IMG/VR virus record: IMGVR_UViG_3300030685_000017
Location: 1-64,000 of that record
Direction: 5' to 3' (one strand)
DNA length: 64,000 nucleotides
Source of the DNA: a virus
Below the pieces are notes generated by a model. That model was not told where the DNA came from. It was given only the letters and a program-made list of their open reading frames with translations, and searched no databases. Position 1 is the stretch's first letter. Each line of letters starts with the position of its first letter. Positions 20,554 to 30,720 of the stretch are shown piece by piece. A program made the translations under genes and the position numbers.

Positions 20554-21166
20554 TTAATTCTTTGTTTTTATATTTTTCTTTATAAGCATAAAATTCGTCA
20601 AAATAGAATTTACGATTTTCACTTGTAATTACTTTTTTATCCAACCAATTTAATAATTGTACTTCTCTAATTAAAAAAGTATCTTCCTTAACCACCTTTA
20701 ATTCACAATATCCTCGTGATATATTGTGCTTTAAAGAAGTATCAATATTGGTTACGATATTTACATGATGTTGACAAGCAAATCTTGAACCACTTAATTG
20801 TAATTCTTTATAATTAATACCTTTAGCAATTTTACGTTTTTCTTGATCTTTAGTAGCTATTTTACCATTCGTTGTCCTTAAAATTCTATCTTTCAAATAT
20901 ATTAAACAAATTTGAACGCTTGGTAAGATATTTATAATTAATGGTTTTTCAACATCTTTCAGAATACCTTTTTCAATTATAATTTGTTCTCCTGTATTTA
21001 AAATTTCTTTAATATCTGTTTCTCTAAATCCCGTCTTTTGTGCAATAATATGTATATATTCATTAAAATCAATAAGATCTGCTATTTCTTTTATTCTTTT
21101 AAAATCACTAGGAGTATAATTAATGTTCCTGCGATTATAATTTCTTTTCCTTTTTTCTGTGTCCAT
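20525..21166 (-). CDS. basic protein with an HU/IHF-like N-terminal region
   Basis: FNEYIHIIAQKTGFRETDIKEIL resembles HU helices 1-2; sits next to the RNAP gene, like SPbeta yonN. Confidence 0.45.
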   Translation of the reverse strand: MDTEKRKRNYNRRNINYTPSDFKRIKEIADLIDFNEYIHIIAQKTGFRETDIKEILNTGEQIIIEKGILKDVEKPLIINILPSVQICLIYLKDRILRTTNGKIATKDQEKRKIAKGINYKELQLSGSRFACQHHVNIVTNIDTSLKHNISRGYCELKVVKEDTFLIREVQLLNWLDKKVITSENRKFYFDEFYAYKEKYKNKELNGEAYGRDI

Positions 21167-21229
21167 TTTTCTCTCTCCATAATACACCCATTATACTTTC
21201 TAAAAAGCCGCAGTTATACGGCATATCAA

Positions 21230-21363
21230 AAAATTAATTCGGCAGTTTTTAAGAGTTTTTTATTTATTTTTTATCCCCTTCATATTGCACCTATTAGCTT
21301 TTTGATATATTATAGCATTTATGCGGCTTTTAAGAAATATCTAAAATTAATTCGGCAGTTTTT
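21230..21363. repeat. 21-bp direct repeat AAAATTAATTCGGCAGTTTTT (2 copies)
   Basis: Identical copies at 21230-21250 and 21343-21363. Confidence 0.85.
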
Positions 21364-24055
21364 TGAATTGATCTAAAAACTTAGTTTTATTTGTTTTATA
21401 AAGCATATTTAAAATCTTACGTGTATATTTAACATTTTTACCTTTTGTCAATTTACTAGCACCAACTCCAGTATCTATACCAAATGCAGTTTCAATTAAT
21501 CTATTGATTGTTACTACATTGGTAATTTTTATTTTATTTAACTGGCTAATAAAGTCTTCTGTTACTTTTAAATATTCTTCTAAATTGTCAAGACTAAGTG
21601 CTCGATTATGTTTGATATAATTATCATATTTATTAATTATCGTAATAAATTTCTGCATCTGTCTATTATTTGGTTTACCCACTAACTTAATAAAAAATTC
21701 ATTTATAGGAATAGATATAGAAGTAGAATTATTTTTTATATCATCTAAACATTCTTCTAACCAATTCATTGGACAAGTTAAATCGGAATTAATTCTTTGC
21801 TTAATTTTATTTTTACTTCGTTGTACTTGTTCAAAAGGAATTTCTTTTCCATCTTTTGTATATTTAATTTCTCTAGTATATTTCATAAAAGTCGGAAAAT
21901 CTTTTTTCAAAGTAAGTATATCTCCAGTGGCAGTTATAAAATCTTTTGTACAAACCATAGACGGTAATCTACTTATTCTTGCAATTTCTTGTAAAGCATC
22001 TATTTCATATTCTCTTTTACAACTATCAATTACAACTTGAGCAAGTACACTAAGTATTACAAAATTATTATATAATTCTTTTAGTATTTGCTGATTAGGA
22101 TGTTCTTTTGCAAGTTCTGTCCAATAATAAGTTATAGCTAATTGAGCTAAATTACTAGAATAACCAATTCCCATACGAGATTTAGAAAATTTATTATCCA
22201 TCTCTGCATAATCTGATTTAAGATTTTTATAAGTAATACCACTTTCTTTTAAATCATTTACTATTGTCTTATACTCTAAAAAACATCGTTTAGCATTTAA
22301 CACAATAACAGGATTATCAGTAGCTAAAATAAAATCTGAATCATAATCACATCCGTTCAACCGAGCTTGTATATCTGTATGAATTCCATTAACAGCTATA
22401 GTATTTCTACTTAGACAAATATATTTAGTTAGTCTATCACTACGTTGTTTATCAATATTAAACAAGTAGCAACAATTATTGGGACTATTATGTGGTGATC
22501 TAAATCCCGCTAAGAAAATTTCATTGTCAAATCTAGGTGTATAACATTCTATTGAATCGTGCCTTTGTTTAAATATTTCTCCTTTATCTCCCATTGCATA
22601 TAACAATAATTCATATGGATTACCACATATCGTTAAGTTATCTCCGTTAATAAATATTTTACCTTTACGCATACGTTTTACATATTGCTTAATGATATCA
22701 GTTTTTTCTCTTCTGAAAAAACTACAATTACTAAATTCATGATTTTGTTTATAAAGATCTGCAAGCATTTCATAATTATTAATTTCATTATTGTTCTTGC
22801 GTAAGAACTTTTCAAATTCATTATTATCAGTTTTTAATTTTTCAATATAAGTAACACTATCAGAAGCAATATATCTCATTTCTTCTTCGGTACAGGGTAA
22901 TGTATTAACCATCTGATAACTTAATTGTTGATTATTACCTAGTTTACTTATATGGTCTGTTTTTACTATTCCCCAGATATCTCCATCAGCATGTATTCTA
23001 TCACACCAATATTCATAAGGATTATCTCCCATTAAGTTCATAAACTTTTTCCACTTAATAGCATTATCTGTAGTAATCATTTTAATATCTTTTACAAAAT
23101 GTAATTTACCAAACATATCATGTATTTGATAAGTATTATAATCTAAATTATGTGAGCGACAATAATCTCTAAAAAATAATTGTAAGTTAGATCTAAACCC
23201 ACAAGCTTTAAATAAATGATTTCTAAGTAGAATGGTTGTATTAATAAATTCTGGTAAAATATTATTTTCTACTAAAGCCATTCCATCCCATAATGTACTT
23301 TTTATTTGTGTTTCTTTTTGAGTAACAATACAGTGTTTATTTTTATCTGCCATAACAACATTAGCAATAGCGGTAAAGAAAGAATCTTGATCTTTTAAAA
23401 TTAAGATATCTTCAACCGGTATATGTATACTATCAATAATAGTAGATGTGGTTAAAGGAGCATAAGCAGACATTTCTACGATCTTTGCATTATCTTTATC
23501 CATTTTATCCCCAAGACCAATAGTAAGCCAATCATAAGCTTTCTTATATAACTTAGAATTAATAAACATTACCTGACCAAGTTTAGCTTTAGCGTTAGTA
23601 CGAAATAACATTTCATAATGAATTGTAACATCATTAATCCACTTGTTTAATTCCTTATCAAATTTCTTATAAGTGATATCTACACCATGTTCATAAAAAG
23701 CTGTTCTAATTGCTTCTCGCTTTAATGGAGAATATAGTTCTTTCTTCTGTTCAATATTTTGTAAAGTATTTAAAACTCTTTTTTTGGTATCTTCATCTTG
23801 TACCTGTGATAGAAATCTAGTTAGACGTTTATGTTCTGCATCATAATCTCTACTACCAAAATCATAATCCAAACAGATTATATCTCTAGTACTTTCTTTC
23901 TTATGAACACTTAATCCGTTACGTTGTAAAAAGAAGTTAAACAGACTGTTACTAAACATAGCATCAGTATAAGTGAAGTAATCTCTTATACCAAGATTCA
24001 CATCATATATCATACCAGCTGATATATTCTTAATTTTTAATCCATAAGTAGTCAC
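21347..24055 (-). CDS. yonO: YonO-like single-subunit (double-psi barrel) RNA polymerase
   Basis: 902 aa with WDGMAL, FRSPH and catalytic RLNGCDYDSD (DxDxD); heads the late operon as in SPbeta; GTG start with GGAGG RBS. Confidence 0.88.
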   Translation of the reverse strand: MTTYGLKIKNISAGMIYDVNLGIRDYFTYTDAMFSNSLFNFFLQRNGLSVHKKESTRDIICLDYDFGSRDYDAEHKRLTRFLSQVQDEDTKKRVLNTLQNIEQKKELYSPLKREAIRTAFYEHGVDITYKKFDKELNKWINDVTIHYEMLFRTNAKAKLGQVMFINSKLYKKAYDWLTIGLGDKMDKDNAKIVEMSAYAPLTTSTIIDSIHIPVEDILILKDQDSFFTAIANVVMADKNKHCIVTQKETQIKSTLWDGMALVENNILPEFINTTILLRNHLFKACGFRSNLQLFFRDYCRSHNLDYNTYQIHDMFGKLHFVKDIKMITTDNAIKWKKFMNLMGDNPYEYWCDRIHADGDIWGIVKTDHISKLGNNQQLSYQMVNTLPCTEEEMRYIASDSVTYIEKLKTDNNEFEKFLRKNNNEINNYEMLADLYKQNHEFSNCSFFRREKTDIIKQYVKRMRKGKIFINGDNLTICGNPYELLLYAMGDKGEIFKQRHDSIECYTPRFDNEIFLAGFRSPHNSPNNCCYLFNIDKQRSDRLTKYICLSRNTIAVNGIHTDIQARLNGCDYDSDFILATDNPVIVLNAKRCFLEYKTIVNDLKESGITYKNLKSDYAEMDNKFSKSRMGIGYSSNLAQLAITYYWTELAKEHPNQQILKELYNNFVILSVLAQVVIDSCKREYEIDALQEIARISRLPSMVCTKDFITATGDILTLKKDFPTFMKYTREIKYTKDGKEIPFEQVQRSKNKIKQRINSDLTCPMNWLEECLDDIKNNSTSISIPINEFFIKLVGKPNNRQMQKFITIINKYDNYIKHNRALSLDNLEEYLKVTEDFISQLNKIKITNVVTINRLIETAFGIDTGVGASKLTKGKNVKYTRKILNMLYKTNKTKFLDQFKKLPN

Positions 24056-24189
24056 ATTTTTCCTCCATCTAAATATAGTTTTTTAAAATTTACAAGTTTT
24101 GATGTCAAAATTCCTTTATTTTACGGTAAATGTTATCACTAAAATTTTACTTATATTTACCCAATGCATAGCCAGCTACAAGGCATCTA

Positions 24190-24410
24190 GTATTAACTAT
24201 AATATTAACTATAATATTAACTATTAATAACGATTATATAATAAAAGATATAATAATAAAACATAATATATATAATAAGAAAATTGTTCTATGTGGACGT
24301 AGTTTTGCGAAGCAAAAGTACGTTTACATAAACATTTAACCGCGAACGAATGAACACACGACAGTGTGGAATGAGAGAGCGAGTTAAATATAATAAAAGA
24401 TATAATAATA
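24190..24410. repeat. AT-rich intergenic repeats and hairpins
   Basis: TATTAACTATAA x3; TAATAAAAGATATAATAATA x2; hairpin TATGTGGACGTA...TACGTTTACATA. Confidence 0.7.
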
Positions 24411-24593
24411 GAGAGAGTTAATTATATAAGTATTTAATCTTTTAATATATAAGTAAATTAATATTTTATATTATATTATAACATTTATAATATAATTGAG
24501 AAAAGATACAATAGTTAAAATTATTAGTCATATAATCTTTTGACTTATAGATATAAGTAACTCATGAAAATGAGTGGTAATAATATAACCTTT

Positions 24594-25517
24594 TTACCTT
24601 TTTATATATTTGTCTATTAAATTATATAAAAACTCCATATCATAATCTATTTGTTCTCCTTTTTTATTTATAAAAGACGTATGTTGCTCTATATATGCTT
24701 TAAATTTATTAATGAACATATCATTTAATATTTGTTGATATTCATTTATTTTTTCTTTATCTAATTTTTGTACATCTCTATTTAATAATCTAATTTTCAT
24801 ACAAGAAAATATAGTATCATATTTAGAAAAGAAATTTTTATATTGAATTACTTTATTATGAAAAATTACTTCACAATAATTATTAAGTCCTAAACTCTTT
24901 AACGCTAATTGTTCTATTTCATATATTTCTTCTAATTCCATTTCACTTGCAACATGATTATTTATCATATAGGTATTATATATTTCTATAATTCCTTGTC
25001 GTTCCATTTTATGTAACGCATATTTTATAAAAGTATTAAATCTATTAAAAAGTAAATTAGTAAAATGTCTGGTTTCAAAAATTTTTTCTTCTTTACTTAA
25101 ATTATGACTTTGATAATTAATATTTATTATTCCCAATAATTTTGCTATATCGGTAACAGTATAACATTTATCTTCTAATACATTACATAAAATTGGTATT
25201 GTATATGATACATAACATTTTCTTATATGTTGTACTTTCTTCTTTTCTTTTTTTTCCTTTTCTTTCTTTTTAATTTCTGGTTGTAATTCATATATATCTT
25301 TTACTGTAAGTTGTTGCCCTGAATATCCTAACATTACTACTGAATTAATTATTCTTAATTGCGCCGCTTTAGAACAAGATTTTCCTAATGGAATATTAAG
25401 ATAATTACATAATTCTTTATAATTCTTAAATACTTGTCCTACATATAATAAATGTCTTATTTTTTTTCTTTCCTCTTTTTTTTGTTCTGCTGATAATTTA
25501 CTACTTCTAATGTTCAT
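24594..25517 (-). CDS. basic, putative DNA-binding protein
   Basis: GQVFKNYKELC segment, Lys-rich linker, HTH-like YTVTDIAKLLG; has its own sigmaA promoter. Confidence 0.6.
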   Translation of the reverse strand: MNIRSSKLSAEQKKEERKKIRHLLYVGQVFKNYKELCNYLNIPLGKSCSKAAQLRIINSVVMLGYSGQQLTVKDIYELQPEIKKKEKEKKEKKKVQHIRKCYVSYTIPILCNVLEDKCYTVTDIAKLLGIININYQSHNLSKEEKIFETRHFTNLLFNRFNTFIKYALHKMERQGIIEIYNTYMINNHVASEMELEEIYEIEQLALKSLGLNNYCEVIFHNKVIQYKNFFSKYDTIFSCMKIRLLNRDVQKLDKEKINEYQQILNDMFINKFKAYIEQHTSFINKKGEQIDYDMEFLYNLIDKYIKR

Positions 25518-25565
25518 GTTTCATTTTTTCTCCTTTTTATTTATACAAAACTTGTTTGTGAACTA

Positions 25566-25594
25566 ATTCTATCATATTTTAATTAGAAAGTCAA
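25566..25594 (-). promoter_or_regulatory. sigmaA promoter (leftward)
   Basis: TTGACT-17 bp-TAGAAT with extended -10 TG. Confidence 0.8.
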
Positions 25595-25680
25595 GTAAAA
25601 GTTATAAAAAGTATTACTTACTTATATAATAAAATATTAATAAGTAATGCAAAAATTATTAAAAATATTTCTTTTTTCTC

Positions 25681-25709
25681 TTGACATTTATATATTAATA
25701 TGATAAAAT
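25681..25709 (+). promoter_or_regulatory. sigmaA promoter (rightward)
   Basis: TTGACA-17 bp-TAAAAT with extended -10 TG. Confidence 0.85.
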
Positions 25710-25867
25710 TAACTTAACAATAAAACGAAAGAAAGAGAGGAAACTTATATGCAATTATTCTTATTTTTAATTTTTTTATTTCTATTAATTGTATGTCCAC
25801 CTTTAGGATTTGGTTTATTACTTATAGTATTAGCTTATAAAATTTTTTGTAAATAAGGAGAATAGTA

Positions 25868-26401
25868 ATGTCAGCAAAACCAGATTTTAATATATTAATA
25901 GAAACTTATAGAGGTCAACCAGTTATTAGTTTATTTGAAGTATCTATTATTACTGGTATGACATATAAAACTATTAAAGAAGCCGCAGAATTTTTACAAT
26001 ACTTATTTCAAGGAGAAGATCATTTTCATATTTTTAAATGTAAATTAGATGGTATCAATGTTAATAATTTAAAATATAAAGTAATTATTGATTATTACTA
26101 TGCTGATTTCACTGGAGCTTTAATGATTATAAAATTATGTAAAAACAAGTACGCTAAATATATTGAAGATCGTTATCTAAAAACATTTCAAGAAGCAGTA
26201 AGTCATATAAAAACTTTAAAAGAAGTTGATAGAACCAATTTTAAATTACTTGGACGTGGAGAGGGACATAGATTTTTTAGAACTCAAGATTATATAGAGA
26301 CAAAAGAAAAAGCAACAAGAGAAAAAATCATATGGAGTACTAAAGGACATAGTGGTTGGTCTTATACAGAAAAATCTTTTACGGAGATGACAAAAGAGTG
26401 A
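25868..26401 (+). CDS. hypothetical protein, possibly Rha/antirepressor-like
   Basis: AAGGAG RBS; ISLFEVSIITG...YLKTF weakly recalls the Rha family. Confidence 0.5.
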   Translation: MSAKPDFNILIETYRGQPVISLFEVSIITGMTYKTIKEAAEFLQYLFQGEDHFHIFKCKLDGINVNNLKYKVIIDYYYADFTGALMIIKLCKNKYAKYIEDRYLKTFQEAVSHIKTLKEVDRTNFKLLGRGEGHRFFRTQDYIETKEKATREKIIWSTKGHSGWSYTEKSFTEMTKE

Positions 26402-27469
26402 ATTTAGAAGAAAATATTATTAAAGAAATTGGTAAAAAATCTTTACAATTATTTCAAGCAAGTCTATGTGCTAGTATAGATATAGAAGAATATTCTTGGT
26501 CTTATGATACTTTAAATAAATTAGTATATAATTTAGATAAAGAGAAATATAGCAGATATAGAACACCTACTGTAAATAAAAACTTTTATGAATTAACTTG
26601 TAATATAATGTATTTAATTAAATTATCTGGAAACAATATTATTCAGGTAACTATATATAAAGATAATAATAATAAAATATGTGATTGGAAACACATTAAA
26701 CTTACTTTTTTTAGGAAAAAATAAATATAGACTTAGAGAAATTATTTTACGCAAAGTATTAAATGATAAAAATAAAAATGAAATTAAAGTTAAATATCTT
26801 GGAGAAAAAGTAATTAATTATACTATTAAACCACATGATTTTAAAAATATGGTACTTAAATCAGAAATAAAAGATAGAATTATTAATGGATTGACTTATT
26901 GGAATGAAAAGAAAGAATGGTATAAATCGCATCAACTTGTACATAAAATAGGTGTTCTTCTATATGGTAAACCCGGAACAGGTAAATCTACAATAGCTAG
27001 ATGTATTAGTAATATGTTTGATAATGCTACTATACTTGTTATTAATCCTAATGATATTATGATATCTGTAGCAAAGATATTAGAGGAAAGAAAAAAGAGT
27101 ATTGGAAAACTTATTATACTTATTGAAGATTTTGATATGTATTTTTATGATAGAAGTAAACAAGAAACGGAAGAAACAAAGAAAAAAGCTAATAATCAAA
27201 ATGTTCTTTTTCAAATACTTGATGGAGTGTATTCAACAGAAGATACAATCTATATCGCTACTACTAATTATAAAGATAAAATTAATGCTGGAATGATTAG
27301 ATATGGAAGTTTTGATATTCAAGAAGAAATAGGATACTTTGATAAAGATATGTGTGATCAATTTTGTATTATGATGAATACTAAATTAGATACAGAATAT
27401 CCATCAGAATTAGTAGAACCTGCATGGTTACAAGGTAAAATAATGGAATTAAATAGTAAAAAACAATAA
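26398..27469 (+). pseudogene. BCS1-like AAA ATPase split by a frameshift in a T7 tract
   Basis: The C-terminal ORF has GKPGTGKST, LIEDFD and TTN. Removing one base at about 26706-26712 fuses it to the upstream ORF (GTG 26398). Confidence 0.65.
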
Positions 27470-27544
27470 AAAATATATATTTTTATGTAAAAACTATTAA
27501 AAAACTATTAAAAAGTATATAAAAACAAGGAAAAAAGGATAAAA

Positions 27545-28108
27545 ATGAGAAGAAAACTAGCAATTGCAGTCAATCCTGACGCAAAAAGAGAAGAAAATGA
27601 CTATTATGCAACAGATCCTAATGCAATGAGAATAGTAGTTCCATTGTTAAAAGAATTAGGAATAAGTAATAATATATGGGAATGTTCATGTGGAGAGGGA
27701 CATTTAAGTAAAGTATTAGTTGAACAAGGTTTTAATGTACGCTCCACCGATTTAATTAATAGAGGTTTTGGTGAAGTACAAAACTTTTTAACCCGTACAG
27801 AAAAATGGAATGGTGATATTTTAACTAATCCACCTTTTAAATTAGCAGAAGAATTCGTAGAAAAAAGTATGGAATTATTGGAAGATGGAAATAAAGCTAT
27901 ATTTTTTCTTAAAGTTCAATTCTTAGAAAGTGAATCACGAAAGAAACTTTTTGAAAAATATAATCCTAAATTTGTTATTGTAAATTCTAAACGACAACAA
28001 TGTGCAATGAATGGTGATTTTGAACATTATCATGTAAATACTATATGTTACTGTTGGTTTATTTTTGAAAAAGGATATAAAGGAGATAGTAAATTATTAT
28101 GGGTTTAA
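27545..28108 (+). CDS. small amino-(N6-adenine) DNA methyltransferase-like protein
   Basis: DYYATDP, WECSCGEG (motif I) and TNPPF (motif IV). Confidence 0.8.
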   Translation: MRRKLAIAVNPDAKREENDYYATDPNAMRIVVPLLKELGISNNIWECSCGEGHLSKVLVEQGFNVRSTDLINRGFGEVQNFLTRTEKWNGDILTNPPFKLAEEFVEKSMELLEDGNKAIFFLKVQFLESESRKKLFEKYNPKFVIVNSKRQQCAMNGDFEHYHVNTICYCWFIFEKGYKGDSKLLWV

Positions 28109-28488
28109 TTAAAAAGTATTTAGATAGTTATTATGCATTGGATCATGAAATATTGAATAGTGAAATAAAATTATTAAAAGAAAAAGAAATTAAAGAATTA
28201 ACAATACAAATTAATGATTTAAAAGAAGAAATAAGTCTTATTAAATTTCCTAATGGAAGATTAATATCAAAGTATGTATTTAAAGGAGCACTAAATTATT
28301 TTGTAACAGGCATTGTGTATAATTACAAAAATAAAAATTATATATTACCTACTGATAAGACAGATATAAAAAATAATTATACTTTTATAAGAGAAAATAA
28401 TATGATATATATTTCTTTAGAAGATGAATTTTTTGTTATTAAAAATGAAAATATAATTAGAACAGATAGTAGATGGAGAATAATCTAA
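28099..28488 (+). CDS. hypothetical protein
   Basis: Overlaps the upstream gene; similar to the broken ORF at 39126-39492. Confidence 0.7.
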   Translation: MGLIKKYLDSYYALDHEILNSEIKLLKEKEIKELTIQINDLKEEISLIKFPNGRLISKYVFKGALNYFVTGIVYNYKNKNYILPTDKTDIKNNYTFIRENNMIYISLEDEFFVIKNENIIRTDSRWRII

Positions 28489-28641
28489 AGAAAAGAGAAT
28501 AATACAATGATGATGATATTAAAAAAGAAGATGATTTTGTTAAATTAATGATAGGTTGAATGTATTGTATGATTTCATTAGGTATTACACTTATCGCTTT
28601 ATTAATATTATTTTGTAAAGTATTTTTAAAAAAGGAGAAAA

Positions 28642-28857
28642 ATGTGCGATTTTAGAAATCATAATTTAATAGAAATATATAGGAAAAATAGTTCAGAATT
28701 TAGTGAAGATATTATAGTTAGATGGTGTGTGGATTGTGGTGGAGTTGTAGTAGATGAAGAAATAGATGGAAGATTATATAATCATTATATGAAAATGAAA
28801 TTTTCTAAAATTACTTATGATTATTTAAAAGAGCATAAAGGAGAAAAAATTAAATGA
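28642..28857 (+). CDS. hypothetical protein
   Basis: AAGGAG RBS; VRWCVDCGGVVVD. Confidence 0.75.
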   Translation: MCDFRNHNLIEIYRKNSSEFSEDIIVRWCVDCGGVVVDEEIDGRLYNHYMKMKFSKITYDYLKEHKGEKIK

Positions 28858-29354
28858 TAATATGGATGGCTTTAATTTTATTAATTATTACAGATATTGT
28901 TTTATTTATTCTTAATCGTTGGAGTTATAGTCAACTTGAAAATATAGATGATAATCAAAGAAATGCATATTATAAAATTATTCAGAGGATAGAAAATGTA
29001 CCTGTTATATCTATTTATTTATATCTTGCAATATTAGTAATATGTCTTTGTAGTTGTTTCGCTACTGTTTTATTTTCAAATTATAAATATTCATCATACA
29101 AAGAATGTAAAGAAATTAAAATTTGTAGTATGAATAATACGACAGATAATTATTATAAATTAGATAATGATAATAATAAATATTCTTATATGGAATTGTG
29201 TTCAGATGATAGTAAACAATTTAGTAAATTAGATGCACAGAATACAAAAATTATTAATAATAGTAAAGATAATAAAATAGTATTTTATAAAAGTACCGGA
29301 ATATTAAAAGATCCTTTACTTGGAATATGTTATGATAAAGATACTGAATATTAA
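28854..29354 (+). CDS. membrane protein
   Basis: Two hydrophobic segments; ATGA coupling to the upstream gene. Confidence 0.7.
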   Translation: MIIWMALILLIITDIVLFILNRWSYSQLENIDDNQRNAYYKIIQRIENVPVISIYLYLAILVICLCSCFATVLFSNYKYSSYKECKEIKICSMNNTTDNYYKLDNDNNKYSYMELCSDDSKQFSKLDAQNTKIINNSKDNKIVFYKSTGILKDPLLGICYDKDTEY

Positions 29355-29942
29355 TATAAAATATGTTTAAAGGGAGACAAATAAAATGACGGCACAAGAT
29401 ATTTTTAATATTATAATTATAGTTACAATTATTTTTAGTATAGTATTATTTGTTATACATGATCGTAAAATGGATAAAAAAATTCAGGAATTAGAAAGAA
29501 TAAGAAAACATTATACAAATGGATTGGGAAGATTTGATAATTAAGGGAGATAAATAATATGACAATAAATGAAGAAGTGAAAGAATTAATACATAATAAA
29601 TTTTCAGAAATAGATGATAAATTAGTAGATATAATTAATGATATTGGGAATTTTGATTTAACCAAAAGAAAAGAAATAATGAATAGATTAGAAGAAATAA
29701 GAAAGTGGGTATATTAAAATGACATTTAAAGAAGCTTATATGCAGTGTAAAACATTTGAGAATTTAGATAGAATGGTAAAACGAGATACCAAATTTGCAA
29801 TGGTACTCAATCCGGATAGACTTAGAGTAATTGAAAAAGCAATGAGTGAAACTATTAATGAAAAGGGATGGGAAGAATATGTCAAGTAAAGTGATTGAAA
29901 AATAATTAAATATATGGTATAATTAGATAAAAGGAGAAAGCT

Positions 29943-30717
29943 ATAAAATATATGGGAAGTAAAAGTAGAATTGCTAGATATATAGTACCAATAATTCAAA
30001 AATAAATTGATGATAATCATATTAATACTTATATAGAACCTTTTACTGGTGGTATGAATATTATTGATAAAATTCATTGTGAACAAAGAATAGCAATAGA
30101 TAATAATAAATATTTGATTGCGTTATTTAGACATTTACAATGTGATGGTAAATTATTAGATAGTGTAATATGATGATATACGAAGTACTTATAAAAATAT
30201 AGATTGTAAATATGAAGATTGGTTAATAGATAATATTGGATTTCTAGCTAATTATAATGAAAAATTTTTTGATGGTGGTTATGCTAAAAATGGTATAGAA
30301 AAAATAAAAATGAAAGATGGTATTGTTAAAGAAAGATATAGAGATTATTATCAAGAAGCAAAAAATAATATAGAAGAACAAAGTAAATTAATTAAAGACA
30401 TTATATTAGGTATAGATGATTATAGAGAATGTGTTGCTAATATGGAATATAACTGCGTTATATATTGTGATCCACCTTATGCTAATACAAAGGAATATAA
30501 TAATGCAAAAGGATTTAACTATGACGAATTTTGGGATTTAATGAGAATATGGTCTAAAAATAATATTGTATTAATTAGTGAAGAACATGTACCAAAAGAT
30601 TTTAAATGTATATGGGAAAAAGAAACAAGTAGAAGTATTAAAGCTGGTGATAAAAGTACATCAGTAGAAAAATTATGGAGATACCATTTGGACAATGGAT
30701 CAAAGAAAGAAGATTAA
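29943..30717 (+). pseudogene. Dam/D12-class adenine methyltransferase, disrupted
   Basis: YMGSKSRIA, YIEPFTGG and YCDPPY motifs, interrupted by an in-frame TAA near 30003 and a frameshift near 30170. Confidence 0.85.
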
Positions 30718-30720
30718 ATT

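Noticed and set aside
3033-21376. Plus-strand ORFs in the structural region (e.g. 3033, 9321, 10219, 16534, 21038)
   Set aside because: These are antisense shadows of well-supported minus-strand genes and lack an RBS.
27489-27525. Short AAAAACTATTAA tandem repeat (and a 12-bp duplication at about 51709)
   Set aside because: Two-copy AT-rich slippage duplications with no further evidence of function.
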